A stretch of 64,000 nucleotides of DNA from Tubiluchus corallicola (lineage: Eukaryota > Animalia > Priapulida), in assembly GCA_030141605.1 (NCBI GenBank), contig JAQGDQ010000569.1:1-64000 (forward strand), written 5' to 3'. Made by a program: the position numbers and the translations under genes. Shown here one piece after another: positions 40,601 through 51,168 of the stretch. The number at the start of each line of letters is the position of its first letter. The first letter of the stretch is position 1. The notes below the pieces were generated by a model. That model did not search any database and had not been told where the DNA came from. It was given only the letters and a program-made list of their open reading frames with translations.

Positions 40601-41631
40601 TAGTGCACAGTATATAGTGCAATGTATATAGGCCTTATTAAGGTGATTATTCCTGTATAATATAGACCATATATAGGCATATCCGATAAATCGGACAATC
40701 GGGTAAACCGGACCACCCACCACCCCCAATTAGTCCGGTTTAACGAGGGTTGACTGTAGTTTGTTGTCTCTTTATAAATAGCAAACACAAGTAACAAGTT
40801 TCGAAATATACGACTTGTGAGATGGAATCACAGTATTGGAAAATAAAATTCTTAATAATTTAAAATATTCGTGCCACCTGGTAAAACAGCACTGTATCAC
40901 CAGCACCGGGTGTTCACAACAAAACGTATTTTTAATCCGTTTGACAATATAAACTAATTTAAACTTTAGCTTAGTTAGTGAAAAGCGCGCTAGATTGTTT
41001 TGCTATCTAAACTTGCAGCAAACGAGTTGCCGTTAAAATGGCTGTACCTAACAAGCTTCATACAACGTTACTCTTAAAGCAAAAGTGGACCCAATGCTGA
41101 ACTGTAGGTCAAAGCAATCTACTCTTTAAAATACTGAAAGGAAACATACTAGTTTTTTAAAAATGACACGTGCAAGAATTATTGCTACACAAACAATTTC
41201 ACGTTTGCTGTTGCACGCATGCCTGCATTTCGGAAACGCATTGCACGAAAAACAGGTGCTGTACCTCTGAGTTCGCGTATTTTTCTTAATTTTATCCAGT
41301 TAAATCACTTATAACATATGTCTATGAACAAATAGCATGACTGGATAGCCGATATTCTCCTGAATAGAACAGTACGTAATTTGTAATCGTTCAGTTATGT
41401 CTGCGCTCATCCAGTAACAGAAAAGTCAATGATTTTATAAGACCTATTTTGAATGATGTGATCCTGCAGGAGTTAATATGAAGCTATACAATGTTTATTT
41501 TCAGCAGACGTGGCAAAAGTCATTCTAGGAGCAGCAGCAGTTTCTTCTCTAAATACGAGTCGGCATATAGTAAGGACACTGCAACATCAAACTGTTCCAC
41601 GGCCACTGCTAATGATCAATCTTCCCTATAA
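16616..41631 (+). CDS. Cadherin-related type I membrane protein (~708 aa, 16 coding exons)
   Basis: Phase-consistent GT-AG exons: 16616-16721, 17451-17537, 21546-21703, 23350-23415, 25470-25553, 26717-26809, 30595-30738, 32755-32865, 33691-33784, 34790-34905, 35416-35604, 36551-36691, 36963-37118, 39172-39389, 40002-40238, 41505-41631 (sum 2127 nt, no internal stop). Signal peptide MMATIRITLC..; cadherin motifs DENTNPPVF, DEDNLPPKF, EVNDNAPLF, DVNDNNPRF, IDRE, ATDRDDG; TM GLIIMAVIAVILMLAGFATFCFV; ends DQSSL*. AATAAA near 41891. Confidence 0.88.
17030..17398. mobile_element. MITE family with AAGCCTTTTCACAGT TIR, copy
   Basis: AAGCCTTTTCACAGT...ACTGTGAAAAGGC; relatives at 27493-27972, 28670-28975, 33935-34320 and 34365-34527. 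Confidence 0.7.
17675..17830 (+). mobile_element. tRNA-derived SINE head abutting satellite A
   Basis: A-box-like TGTCCTAGTGGTC, B-box GAGTTCGAGACT; related to 7316-7500. Confidence 0.5.
17850..19812. repeat. Satellite A, ~55-69-bp unit, ~31 copies
   Basis: Core AACAGTTTATATTTAAACACGTAGAAGTGTTTCCATGTGTACGTAA plus a variable number of 7-bp TGTGATG subrepeats. Confidence 0.95.
19813..20715. repeat. Satellite B, 30-bp unit, ~30 copies, containing TGACGTCA
   Basis: Unit TAACACGAGCTCAAAACAAATGACGTCATG; 150-bp higher-order duplication 20251-20400 = 20401-20550. Confidence 0.95.
22345..23095. repeat. Satellite C, 68-bp unit, ~11 copies, derived from MITE interior
   Basis: Unit AATCATTGAAACGTTTGAAACACCATGCAATCAGCACAATTTAACTGCAACTTCTGTGCACAATTTTT resembles positions ~27-95 and ~31375-31440; the rest of the MITE follows at 23095-23285. 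Confidence 0.9.
24288..25356. repeat. Satellite D, 23-bp unit, ~46 copies
   Basis: Unit AACATGGTTATAAAACTTAATAC; diagnostic variant GAAAATTAATAGAAC recurs at 24667 and 25081 (414 bp = 18 units). Confidence 0.95.
26936..27416. mobile_element. hAT-type MITE
   Basis: CAGGGGTGTGCAAATT...AATTTGCACACAACTG; subterminal GCGGGCCG motifs; 8-bp TSD ATATATCC/ATATATAC. Confidence 0.85.
27493..27972. mobile_element. MITE, AATAAGCC TIR family, full copy
   Basis: AATAAGCCTTTCACAGT...ACTGTGGAAAGGCTTATT. Confidence 0.75.
28670..28975. mobile_element. MITE, AATAAGCC TIR family, inverted shorter copy
   Basis: AATAAGACTTTTCACAGT...TTGTGAAAAGGCTTAT; interior is the reverse complement of 17030-17398. Confidence 0.7.
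29120..30114. repeat. CT-rich minisatellite, ~130-bp unit, ~7-8 copies
   Basis: TTTTGCTACACTGTTTGTCCACAATAAGAAACTTTG.. recurs at ~29312, 29444, 29574, 29704 and beyond. Confidence 0.9.
30119..30558. mobile_element. piggyBac-type MITE
   Basis: TTAA|CCCTTTCA...TGAAAGGG|TTAA; inverted sister copy at 60791-61246. Confidence 0.85.
31257..31626 (+). mobile_element. hAT-like MITE (TTCGAA-rich family), complete copy
   Basis: TAGGGGCGAGCAT...ATGCACAGCCCTG; degenerate 8-bp TSD GTAATGAG/ATCATGAG. Confidence 0.75.
31743..32186 (-). mobile_element. Possible solo LTR
   Basis: TG...CA ends; minus-strand TATAAAA (~32061) upstream of AATAAA (~31921). No clear TSD. Confidence 0.3.
33020..33340. repeat. ~130-bp direct duplication
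   Basis: CAAATGGCTGAGTGTTTGAAAATAAAG...GCAGAGCCT at ~33019 and ~33211. Confidence 0.85.
33935..34527. mobile_element. Two adjacent inverted copies or fragments of the AATAAGCC-TIR MITE
   Basis: Reverse-complement matches to 27493-27972 and 17030-17190. Confidence 0.65.
35717..36206 (-). mobile_element. 5S rRNA-headed SINE (SINE3-type) with RTE-like body and tail
   Basis: Minus strand starts with ~105 nt of 5S-like sequence (TCACGTTGAAAACACCGGTTCTCGTCTGATCACCGAAGTTAAGCAAC...GGATGGGTGACCGCCTAGGAATACCAGGTGCCATAGGC) and ends TCCATTGTCGTTCGAGGCAGAAGGAAGCCAACAACAA. Candidate TSD GTAACCCT at 35709-35716 and 36207-36214. Confidence 0.8.
37190..37505. repeat. Degenerate short tandem repeat (TTCCTGTGCCA-type), element-associated
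   Basis: Repeated GTGGCATTTTTTCCTGTGCCA; inverse-related stretch at 21735-21870. Confidence 0.6.
37750..38575 (+). mobile_element. CR1/L2-like LINE 3' remnant interrupted by a solo LTR
   Basis: LPLEERRIHYDL before the LTR; removing the LTR restores KVVRSWNSL, a CR1-type C-terminal motif; (TAAA)n tail near 38560. Confidence 0.6.
37932..38299 (+). mobile_element. Solo LTR (368 bp) with 5-bp TSD
   Basis: TGTTGTG...CACAACA; perfect GTCCT TSD; TATATAA near 38055 and AATAAA near 38226. Confidence 0.88.
38596..39121 (+). mobile_element. Kolobok-like element, third copy
   Basis: TTAA|AGGACAAGAAAAAGGGGTACCTG; colinear with 5783-6300. Confidence 0.6.
39420..39800. repeat. (CAT/CAC)n-rich low-complexity tract
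   Basis: Seen directly, intronic. Confidence 0.85.
39831..39927. repeat. Degenerate telomere-like (CCCTAA)n tract
   Basis: CCCTAACCCTAACCATAACTCTAA...CCCTAACCTTAGCCCTGATCCTAACC. Confidence 0.7.
40415..40756. mobile_element. Tc1/mariner(pogo)-type MITE
   Basis: TA|CAGTCGACCCTCGTTAAACCGGAC...GTCCGGTTTAACGAGGGTTGACTG|TA. Confidence 0.85.
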
Positions 41632-44600
41632 GGATGACATTTCACCAGGGTGATCTCGAGTTTATTACATTAATTTCTTCTAATAATATTGTCATTGATA
41701 TAATTATTCGATTAACGTTGTATCATGCATTTGTGGTCTCTGCTAATGTTTCATAAGATGCAATTTAACATGACGTTTGGACGTTCTGCGCCTCTAGGTA
41801 ACAGAGGCAACGCAAAAAATTTGTCACCATGTGGTCACGCTTTGTGAAAGTCATGTATGAGGTTGTAGATGAATCACTTTGTAGAAAAAGAATAAAACAC
41901 TATACTACATATCTGCACAGAACTGAAAAGCGTTTATTAGACTACATACACATATGTAGAATGACTGCTGCACTCAACACAGAGAACAAGAGTGTCCTGC
42001 ACTGATCACTGAGAGTTAGACAGTGACTTGAAGTAGAATCCAGTCAGTATATATAGGTATAGGAAATTATGCAAACTTGGCTTCACAAAAACCATTACTG
42101 TAAAATCGGGAAAGATCCAGTGAGTATGCATATTCACTGGACCGAACAATTATGCTAGGGGTGATTTTAGCTAGTAAAATGTAAAGGGATTAGTTAATAG
42201 ATGGCAACACCTAAAAATATACAGTTACAATTTCCACATGCTTGTTCGGGCTTTCAAAACCAAATTTGAAGCTCGAATAAATTTTGCTCTTTCATTGCTC
42301 TTTATTTGCCAAAACATATCATTCCATCTAAACAAAAGAAATTAGTGCCAAAAAAATAACAAATAAGCAAATAACAAAAAATAACACTAACCAAAAGTCG
42401 ATTTTACATAATTAAGCGTTCTACACTGTACTGTCGTATTAATTAATACCTAGCTGTTATTTAAAGTAAATTTAAATTTTATAAAGTAATTAGAGGATAT
42501 ACATAAGTTATTAGCCCCAAATCATGAGCAATTGGAAACAGATAACGACAATATCTTATCAACTTATCATGACACATCTTCACTTCACACTAGGCCTCTG
42601 ACCCAGATCAAATTGATCACGTGATAAGGCCATAAATCACCACAAGGTGGCCAAAGCCAACAACAAGCGAAGGCCGCCAAGCACGCCAATGCAAGATTTC
42701 CAGTGCAGCGCTCTTGTCAGGATCTTAAAAAAATACTGTCACGTATTAAACCAATGTAATAGAACTATATCTTACAATCATGTTCAGACAAGATTCCACC
42801 TTCAGACAGGTAAATGCAGCAGTAATCCAGCAAAAAACTAGACACTGCTACACCAGTGGCTTGTCAGCACCACTTCCGTTAATATGGCAATATTGTGACA
42901 ATGTTAGCTGACCATTGTGACGGGTTATTATCTATGGTTTGCATAAATGGTTTTATGTAACGCCTCTTGGCACGCTTGTAAACAATGAGGGGAAACCTTA
43001 GTGAGCACAAACATTAAAATGTAAACCATAGCTAAGAACACATCACAATGGTCAGCTAACATTGTCACAATATTGCCATAATTATACAGAAAAAGTGTTG
43101 TGGAAAAATATTGATATTTTTCTTGGCACAACAAGACTTTGTGTGCCAAGTCCACTTTTAAATATTGTCCCGATATTTGTAAAGATATTGTCACAACATT
43201 GCCACGAAATTGTCGTGTTGCCTAGGAATAACCTAAACTATGTTTGCTTTGCCACAGCTATATAACCTATCAACATAGTTTAAAAGCTGTCCTTTCAGAA
43301 CTTTCAATTCAATTTTAATTTATTTATCTAAAAATAATAATGCTACAATAAAACATGATTAATAATGTAATCGCTAATAGGTTTTGAAGAATGGTTAAAA
43401 TGAATAGATAGATCTAGAACTAAAGAAAGGATAGCGAAAATACCATAAAGTCACCTAGTCTGCTATCCTTTACCGAATATAGATAAAATGATTTTTAGAC
43501 ACCGGTGGGCATTAATGTTATCAGGTTAATTTAGGAAACATTAATAATTTTAAATTCACGACATTTGCTATATCATTAAGTAATCCAAAGTACATGTACT
43601 TTAATTAGCGGGCAACACAATAAGGTCAATCTTGATTAAACTAAAAATTGCATTTAGATTTTATGTGAAATACAGGTCAAAATTGTTATGAAATGATAAA
43701 AACTTTGAATTACATTTGGTGTTAAAAACTAACTTTTTCAATTCAATTCAATTTTATTTTCTCAATAGCAGTTAAAATTCGTCATAATTACTTTTATATT
43801 TTACATTTCATTGCAGCTGAGGAGCAGCAAAAGACCTTGCTTATTGGTCACTTGGTTAGCTGCCCCTTATCAAAAATAATCAATGATTTTGAATAACGTC
43901 TCACCTTTATAAGTGCTTCATGATAGTTGAGACGTCAAAGAAAACTCCATGCTGATTTTGACTAAATGTTTTCTTGCAATAAAATCAACTGATCACAGTT
44001 TAGAAAATCCTTCGTTCATTAGCGCTGAGCAGAAAGTCGTAACAAATGAATTGTTTCTTCTCAGCAGCCAGAACCTTCTGCGCCTGCGCCGTTGTCAACG
44101 GTGGTGCCATCTGTGAACGAAGATGAGAATGATGCAGAAAATTTTTAAAACTACATTAATGATATCTTTAGATTTTAAACCTCAGCGTCAATATTTTTTT
44201 GGTTTCTTAGTCAGCCTTTTTAACTAATGAAACAAAGATTAATCCGGACTCCATCGTGGAGTCTATGTTAAATACAACTGTTGTCCCATCAGTAATAATA
44301 TATAATAATAATTATATTTAATAAATTATATTATAATTATTATTACTATTTTATTGTGTGTTGTATTGACGATTATACCCCTTGTGCAGCGTTTTGTCTT
44401 TGTAGTTTTTTCTTCTTCATTGTAATGCATTGCATTGTTTATGTAATGTTTTGTAACTTGGAATTGCAATTGTAACTGTATGCCTTGCAAATTGTCAATA
44501 AACAAATATGTCAATACAAATAATAAATAATTATTTGTTAGTTTTACATTTGATTAAAAAATTATGGCTACTTTCTGTTTGACAAAAATTTAAATAGTTT

Positions 44601-45021
44601 GCACTGACTTCGTTGCATTAAAATGATGATTATAAATTTCTAATCTAACTTAGTATTTATGTGTGTAATTCGTCATTCTGCATTTCGTCATTTGCAATGT
44701 TTTAGCTGTTTCATCCTTTGAGGAGTATAATCAATTGTACACTCAAACCAGGGACTTCGTGGTCTTTGAAATTTCTGTTGCCAACGAATCCACAAGCCGA
44801 ACTATGTAGAGTAATGTGGAAGGAAAAAGGGGGAGAGCAGGGTGGAGAAAATAGTAAAGAACAATGGCGGAAACACGTTTTTTGTCGACTGGAGGCGACC
44901 TGATACTAAATTTACTTTTAATAAAAACATTAAAATGCTTTTAACGTGTTGTTTGTTCTATAATCTGTAGCAGTTGTTGTTCAAATGGTAAGACTATTTT
45001 CAATTAAAGAATAATGCACAG

Positions 45022-45188
<167 letters not shown>

Positions 45189-45609
45189 TCGCATGATGAA
45201 AATATAAAAATGAACAAATAAAGGCAAACACACATAATTAATCACAACAAACGTCACGCACTATTTTTAAACAACAAGCTTTTGTTTACCTTGTGGCAAA
45301 TTTCTCTGGATTTTTTAGTGAATTGCAGAATTTATCATTATGCTGGCGGGAAACTGTAATTTTTCCTTGTTTTGGAATTTGATGACGAGAAAAAGCGGGA
45401 GAGCTGGACTGGTGCTTCATTTTTGTCCCCGTCAGTACAAAAACTTATTCAAAACTCCACACCCAAAATAATCGTGAAACTGGTAATTTTACGCATCTTT
45501 ATGTATTAATTAGCTGGATAGAAACAAGAAACGGTTGATTAAAATATACACATCATTATTAAAAGAAGACGGGATGATTTTTCATTACTACTACCCCATT
45601 TTTTCAAGT

Positions 45610-45978
45610 TGTTGTGTTTTGTTTCTCTCGGAAGGCTCGTAGAGAAAAGCTGAAAACACTTCATCAATTGAACTAGTTTATTAAGCGAGTATTCTACGAC
45701 ACAAAAGTATAAAGGAACGCGAAATGATTATACTAAACGTGAAAATCTGGAAAACGTTTGGGTGTAATCTGAAAATGCAAGTATACGAAAGAATGTGTAG
45801 GTGGCGTCCGTGTGCATCTGTGTGTGTGTCTCAGCGGCCTGCTTCGCCTTATATAGGGTGCCAGGGAACGTTCTAGACGTTTCTTTCTAGAACATTGTAC
45901 AAGTTACGACGATTATTCTAACGGAACATTCTACAATGTTCTATTTAATTCTAATAGATGCCAGCGAACTCCACAACA
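45610..45978 (-). mobile_element. Solo LTR, same family as 37932-38299, inverted
   Basis: Reverse-complement match over the full length; TGTTGTG..CACAACA ends; no matching TSD. Confidence 0.85.
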
Positions 45979-47349
45979 ATATCAGACCTAGTTGGCTGGT
46001 TTGACATAAAATCGTTCCTAAATTATTTGGTAGTTGCAGCTAAAATAGTATATTATATGAATGAATCCATAAATATATCTAGATAATTAACAGTATGAAA
46101 TTAATATTAGCAATTAAAATGTCCATTTGTATGCATTTGTAGAATTATTGTTGTTGATTTCTTATGGTCATTGTTTGCCGACTTAAAAGAAGGTGTGATT
46201 TTAAATTACAAAGCTCTAAATTCGATGGAATGTGAAGACATGAACAATGCAGTAACAATGACACTCGAGAAAACAATAAAGCAAAAGTGATAAATTCTCG
46301 CCCAATAAACGTGTTTATATCCTGGTAAAAATGTAATAAAACTGCTAAGAATATTGCAATAAATACCACATCGTTAGTAATGAGGGAACCATACATTGAG
46401 AGGGTGGGATGGCACGCATATTGTTTAATGTCGCAATTCTCGCAATTTCTCGCAATTTTGACATACAGCTTTGGTGAGTACATAGACGCTAACATATCAG
46501 CAGGCGAAACGCCCTCAGGTGGATGCAGTCCGAATCAGAATTCTGCCCGCCCTTATCGTGACCATCAGTATGAAATTACAGTTACGGAAACATTCTTTGA
46601 GAAAGGAAATAGAATTTACTTGGGCATTCCCGACTGGAATAACATAAATACACTTTCCTTTGCATTTACTCATACTTATGAAAGTACAAGTGGTGTCCAG
46701 ACTGATAAATCATTGTTTACGCCCCGATATCACAGGTCAGGAAGACAAAAAAACACCAGGTCCTTATTTAGAGTATGCAGCAGATACAAAAATTGGTGAT
46801 TATCTGTGGGAAAACAAATGTGATCAACTTCGAAAAGAGAAACCCAAACTTCTGTTGGAATTTAGATGCGTAGCTTGTTATCTAAAAGCAGATAGCTGGT
46901 GGGGATAGACAGAATGCGATCGCAAAGTTAAGAACAATCCTCACAACAAATTAACAATTAACAAATATTGTTCTCAGTTCCTAACTACTAACATGTTACC
47001 CAAATTAACTCTGAAGGAAAGATCTCCCAGATTGTAGCAGCAAAAGGAAAAATGGTGGTTGGGTTGAGTGCTTGCATAACAAGATCATGAAAAAAATCTT
47101 TGCAATAATTACATCACCAACTGATGATAACACGACACGGAATCTTGTAGGCTTTCTTATTTCACACAAAACAAATAACCCTGCTGGATTTCTGCTAGTG
47201 AGGCTGGCTACTGTGGTGTTGTTTGGACTCATAGTTGCTCTACTGGTTTATGTGGTCAGCCAGAGCAAATCTAGCATTAGCACTAGTTCTGCCGAGAGAA
47301 AAGAGTCGAGAGAAGGTGAGACATTAGGTGCTTCTGTCAAAAGAGGAGT

Positions 47350-47575
47350 ACGGAAGGCTGACACAGAAATAGTGGTTACTTCCATTGAAGAAGAAATACA
47401 GAGCCTTGATGAAGTATGTGGCGTACCGAAGGCTGGCACAGAAATCGTGGTTACTTCCATTGAAGAAGAAATACAGAGCCTTGATGAAGTATGCGGCGTA
47501 CCGAAGGCTGGCACAGAAATAATGGTTACTTCCATTGAAGAAGAAGAAGAAATACAGAACCTTGATGAAGTATAT
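47350..47575. repeat. 63-bp coding-type tandem repeat (~3 copies) in the pseudogene tail
   Basis: KAGTEIVVTSIEEEIQSLDEVCGVP-type units. Confidence 0.85.
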
Positions 47576-47602
47576 GGATATTAGTTTTACTTCTGCAGAA
47601 GC

Positions 47603-48136
47603 CATGCTTAGCGGCTCGTGTATAGATACTGTGGTACTGCAGCACCTCCTGTTTTCAGTCGTTATTGTCGATATAAGTCCTTTTTCTTTTTTTATAGGCA
47701 GTTCTTTTTTACACTAGTGCGGAACTGGAGCACGTGAGGGAAGTACTGTTTACTTCACAGCCCAAGCAACGTGATGTTCGGTTGTTGTAAGCACATGTTT
47801 GAAATAACTCGCTGTAGGCTATCGTCTGCTGCTTAGCTGAAAAGTACTGTGTCTATCACAGTAACAATTGCCACGTGCTTACCGTGTATTGCGATATTCT
47901 TGCACGTGATAAAGTGTAAATTTAGCGTGTGTGCCGAAAACATAAATTATTTAATGCACGCCTTACATCCCCAGAAATATAGTTATGTGACTGTAAGTTA
48001 ACTAGTTAATTTTTAAAAATTGTCTCTCCATAAGAAAGATGCAGTTAAGAAAAGTGGCCGCTCGACAACCGATCTTCAAATACAATTACAACATTAAAAT
48101 TACATTTTAGCAAAGTTTAACTACGAGCCGCCACTT
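47603..48136. mobile_element. hAT-like MITE inserted in the pseudogene tail
   Basis: TSD GCAGAAGC (47595-47602, 48137-48144); inverted subterminal GCGGCTCGT/ACGAGCCGC. Excision restores FTSAEANDAEDL, matching VTSAKTYEAEDC of paralogue 3. Confidence 0.8.
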
Positions 48137-48966
48137 GCAGAAGCAAACGACGCAGAAGACCTTGTTGATTTAATAGGTGATTCAATAAAACGAAGAAAGT
48201 CAGAGAAGTGTGCTGATACTGAGGTTATTTCTGTGAAAAGGAGAGAAGTTACAAGATCGACGTTCAAGAGACATGTCGGCAGAAATACATGAGACTGATG
48301 TGGCAGGGGTCTCATTGGAGGAAGGAATTAGTTGCCATAATAAACGTAAATTAATGGGCCACCAAAGTCTTATTTTTTATGTTTATCAGTTATTTCAAAC
48401 GTGCTTTAATTGTTTTTTCTGGTATTCTTTGTTTACAAGGAATTTTTACAAAAATAAATTAAAAACAATTTGCTTTAGCTACGTTCAGTGAAATTTAACT
48501 CCCATTACCTTTTTTCCTAAGTGCGCAGGAGCTGCTTCATTATAGATGTATCGTTTGATATATAATTTTTCCCCAAATTGTTATATGATTTTATCAAAAA
48601 CAAAATATTTTGTAAATAATATACCTAGAATTCGATTAGCATCAGCAAACAAAACTGTCAAGCACGCCTATTTGAAGAGTCATTGTTCTTGCAGCCATTG
48701 TTTGTTGAGTAAAAGAACAAAGTAATTATAAATTACATCATTCTAATTTCAGTGGAATGGAAAATTATCAATTGTCAACAACAAAACATTATTCTAGTTT
48801 CAAATGAGTGGAAAAGTCATCAATTCGCAACAGCAAAAACGCTATGACAATGTCACTGGATGAGATGTATCTGGGTAAAAATGTTCTAAAAGGCTTTCTA
48901 AAAGAGCCAAAAAGTTTGCAATGAATGCTGCTGTACAGTTTACATGACAATCCTTAGGAGATTGAG

Positions 48967-51168
48967 ATGGCACGCAAATTATTTCATGTGCTATCCTTAC
49001 CGCTTACAATTGTGAGATTTAACTTTGCTTTATACATAGACGGTTATGTCACGGGAGGCAAAAAGCCTCCAGATGGATGCAGTCCGTATCAGGATTCTGC
49101 CCCTGCTTATCGTAACCATCAATACGAAATTACAGTTGTGGAAACATTCTTTAAGGGAGGAAACAGAATTGGTTTGAGCATTCCTGACTGGACTGACGAA
49201 CATAATCTTTACTTTGGAATTGCTCACATTTATGAACATGCCAATAGTGAGACTGATAAATCATTGTTTACGCCAGGATATCACAGGTCAGGGAAAGAAA
49301 AAACACCAGGTCCTTATTTAGAGTACGCAGCCGATACAGAAATTGGTGATTATCTTTGGAAAAACAAACGTGATCAACTGCAGCAGGAGAAACCCAAACT
49401 GCTATTGAAATTTAGATGCATAGCTTGCTACCTAAAACCAGATAGCTGGTTTGGATGGAAAGAATGTGATCGCAAAGTTCAGAACAATCCTCACAGTGTG
49501 TCACAATGGCAGAATGTCACACTTACCATTGTAATAATGCCTAGTGACCAGCATGCCCCTAAATTCGACTTCTCCCCCAACATGCCACTACATCTTTCAG
49601 AAGACACTTTCATGGGCACAAAACTTTGGGAATTTCATGCCATAGATACTGACCTATTTAAATATGTGAGGGATTTTAAGATATGCCTGGGTTCCCTTGT
49701 CAATCAACGTGGCAGTTTTAGCTGCACCGGACAGGAATATTTTGAAGGTTCAACTGCAGAAAGGTATCCAAATTCTTATCGCCGAAAATTGAGTTTAGAC
49801 TATATTGTTTATCTGAGTAAGCAGGTACACTATAGAACCACAAAGAATCTGAGGTTAAATCTCTGGCTGATACCCAACAGTAAGTTCAATGCACCCCCAA
49901 CTAGCATTGGTGCACCATCTAAAAGACAGCCCGAAAAATTTAGCCTTAATGTTATTATAGATAATGCAAATAATGAGAACCCAAAATTTTTTCGCAATGT
50001 CTACCGGATCAAGGTGGACAGAGAAAGTTTTAGCACCCCACTAAACGTTGAACCAGCTGACATAGGCGCTCACGACAAAGATGGACTTGGAAGTGTTGTG
50101 CTTTTCTCGTTTCCGTACCAAAGCCAAATAGAAAACAAATTTATAATAAACGAAACAAATGGAAGGGTTAAAGTTGCTGAAAATCTCCCTCCAACAGCTG
50201 TTTATTACACTCTTGTTCAAGCAACAGAACGTGATGATGCTACACATTATGACAGAGCACTTTTGTCTATTGAAGTCAGACAAAACTCTGTAAAATTCAG
50301 CCAAACAGGATTTTCAGTCGATGTTTTTGATCATGAACTTGTTGGCACATTGGTTACAGTTGTGCCTGCTGTTTTTTATAATCCAAAAACACAGTTTTCC
50401 TATGCATTAAAGACAAAGCAGGATGAGTCGATAAAGGACTTCAGTTTGGACACCTATAAAATGCAAAATGCAAGTGTATCACTTTTAAATCTGATTATAC
50501 ATTCAAAACTGAATGAAGATATCAAAGCTCGCTACGAATTTGTTATAGAGACTCGCAAAGTTGAAAACAACATGCAAGCAGAAACCGTAGATGTTGTTGT
50601 TAATGTGAAAAATGTTGACTTGATAGGCCCAGAGTTTGTTCAGAAGGTCTACGTATTCGACAGCACAGGAATTGCTGGATCAATCGTCGGTCAAGTTCGA
50701 GCAATGTATGAAACTCGCGCCAATATGCAGTTAGTGTACTCAGTTCTTAACTACAAAAATATCACCCAAATTAACTCTGACGGAATCGTCTCCCTGATTG
50801 TAGCAGTAAAAGGAAAAATGGCTGCTGGTTTGAGTGCTTGCAGCAGTATGACAGAACCAGATAACAAAATCCGATGTGATTTTGCTGAAATAATAATTAC
50901 ATCGTCAACTGATAACAACAAAGCATGGACTCCTACACAATTGAGTGGGTCAAGCAAAACAAAAACCTCTGCTGGAATTGTGCTTATAACACTAGTTATT
51001 GTTGCATTGTTTGGACTCGTAGTTGCTCTACTGGTTTATACTTTCAGGCAATCCAAATCTAGTTCTGCTGACGAGACAGAGAAGGCAAAAGATACTGTGG
51101 CAAAGAATGCTTCTGCCAAAGGAGATGAGGCAGAGACTGATGCTGAAACAATGGCTGCTTCCAATTAA
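48967..51168 (+). CDS. Intronless cadherin-like type I membrane protein, paralogue 2 (733 aa)
   Basis: Single ORF with signal peptide, degenerate EC repeats (DQHAPKF, AIDTD, NNENPKF, AHDKD, FIINETNGRV, GPEFVQKVY) and TM GIVLITLVIVALFGLVVALLVY; short tail. Confidence 0.85.
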   Translation: MARKLFHVLSLPLTIVRFNFALYIDGYVTGGKKPPDGCSPYQDSAPAYRNHQYEITVVETFFKGGNRIGLSIPDWTDEHNLYFGIAHIYEHANSETDKSLFTPGYHRSGKEKTPGPYLEYAADTEIGDYLWKNKRDQLQQEKPKLLLKFRCIACYLKPDSWFGWKECDRKVQNNPHSVSQWQNVTLTIVIMPSDQHAPKFDFSPNMPLHLSEDTFMGTKLWEFHAIDTDLFKYVRDFKICLGSLVNQRGSFSCTGQEYFEGSTAERYPNSYRRKLSLDYIVYLSKQVHYRTTKNLRLNLWLIPNSKFNAPPTSIGAPSKRQPEKFSLNVIIDNANNENPKFFRNVYRIKVDRESFSTPLNVEPADIGAHDKDGLGSVVLFSFPYQSQIENKFIINETNGRVKVAENLPPTAVYYTLVQATERDDATHYDRALLSIEVRQNSVKFSQTGFSVDVFDHELVGTLVTVVPAVFYNPKTQFSYALKTKQDESIKDFSLDTYKMQNASVSLLNLIIHSKLNEDIKARYEFVIETRKVENNMQAETVDVVVNVKNVDLIGPEFVQKVYVFDSTGIAGSIVGQVRAMYETRANMQLVYSVLNYKNITQINSDGIVSLIVAVKGKMAAGLSACSSMTEPDNKIRCDFAEIIITSSTDNNKAWTPTQLSGSSKTKTSAGIVLITLVIVALFGLVVALLVYTFRQSKSSSADETEKAKDTVAKNASAKGDEAETDAETMAASN

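Larger units (their letters stand above)
46409..48340 (+). pseudogene. Intronless cadherin-like paralogue 1 (pseudogene)
   Basis: ATG MARILFNV resembles MARKLFHV of paralogue 2. Lesions: frameshifting duplication in the signal region, extra A at ~46750, TGG>TAG at 46906-46908, ~1.2-kb internal deletion near 46950, insertion at 47603-48136. TM and tail retained. Confidence 0.88.

Noticed and set aside
51166-51168. Stop-codon reassignment (TAA = Glu/Gln) as a variant genetic code
   Set aside because: TAA, TAG and TGA all end other genes here and no other in-frame TAA occurs in the long ORFs; a point nonsense change is simpler.
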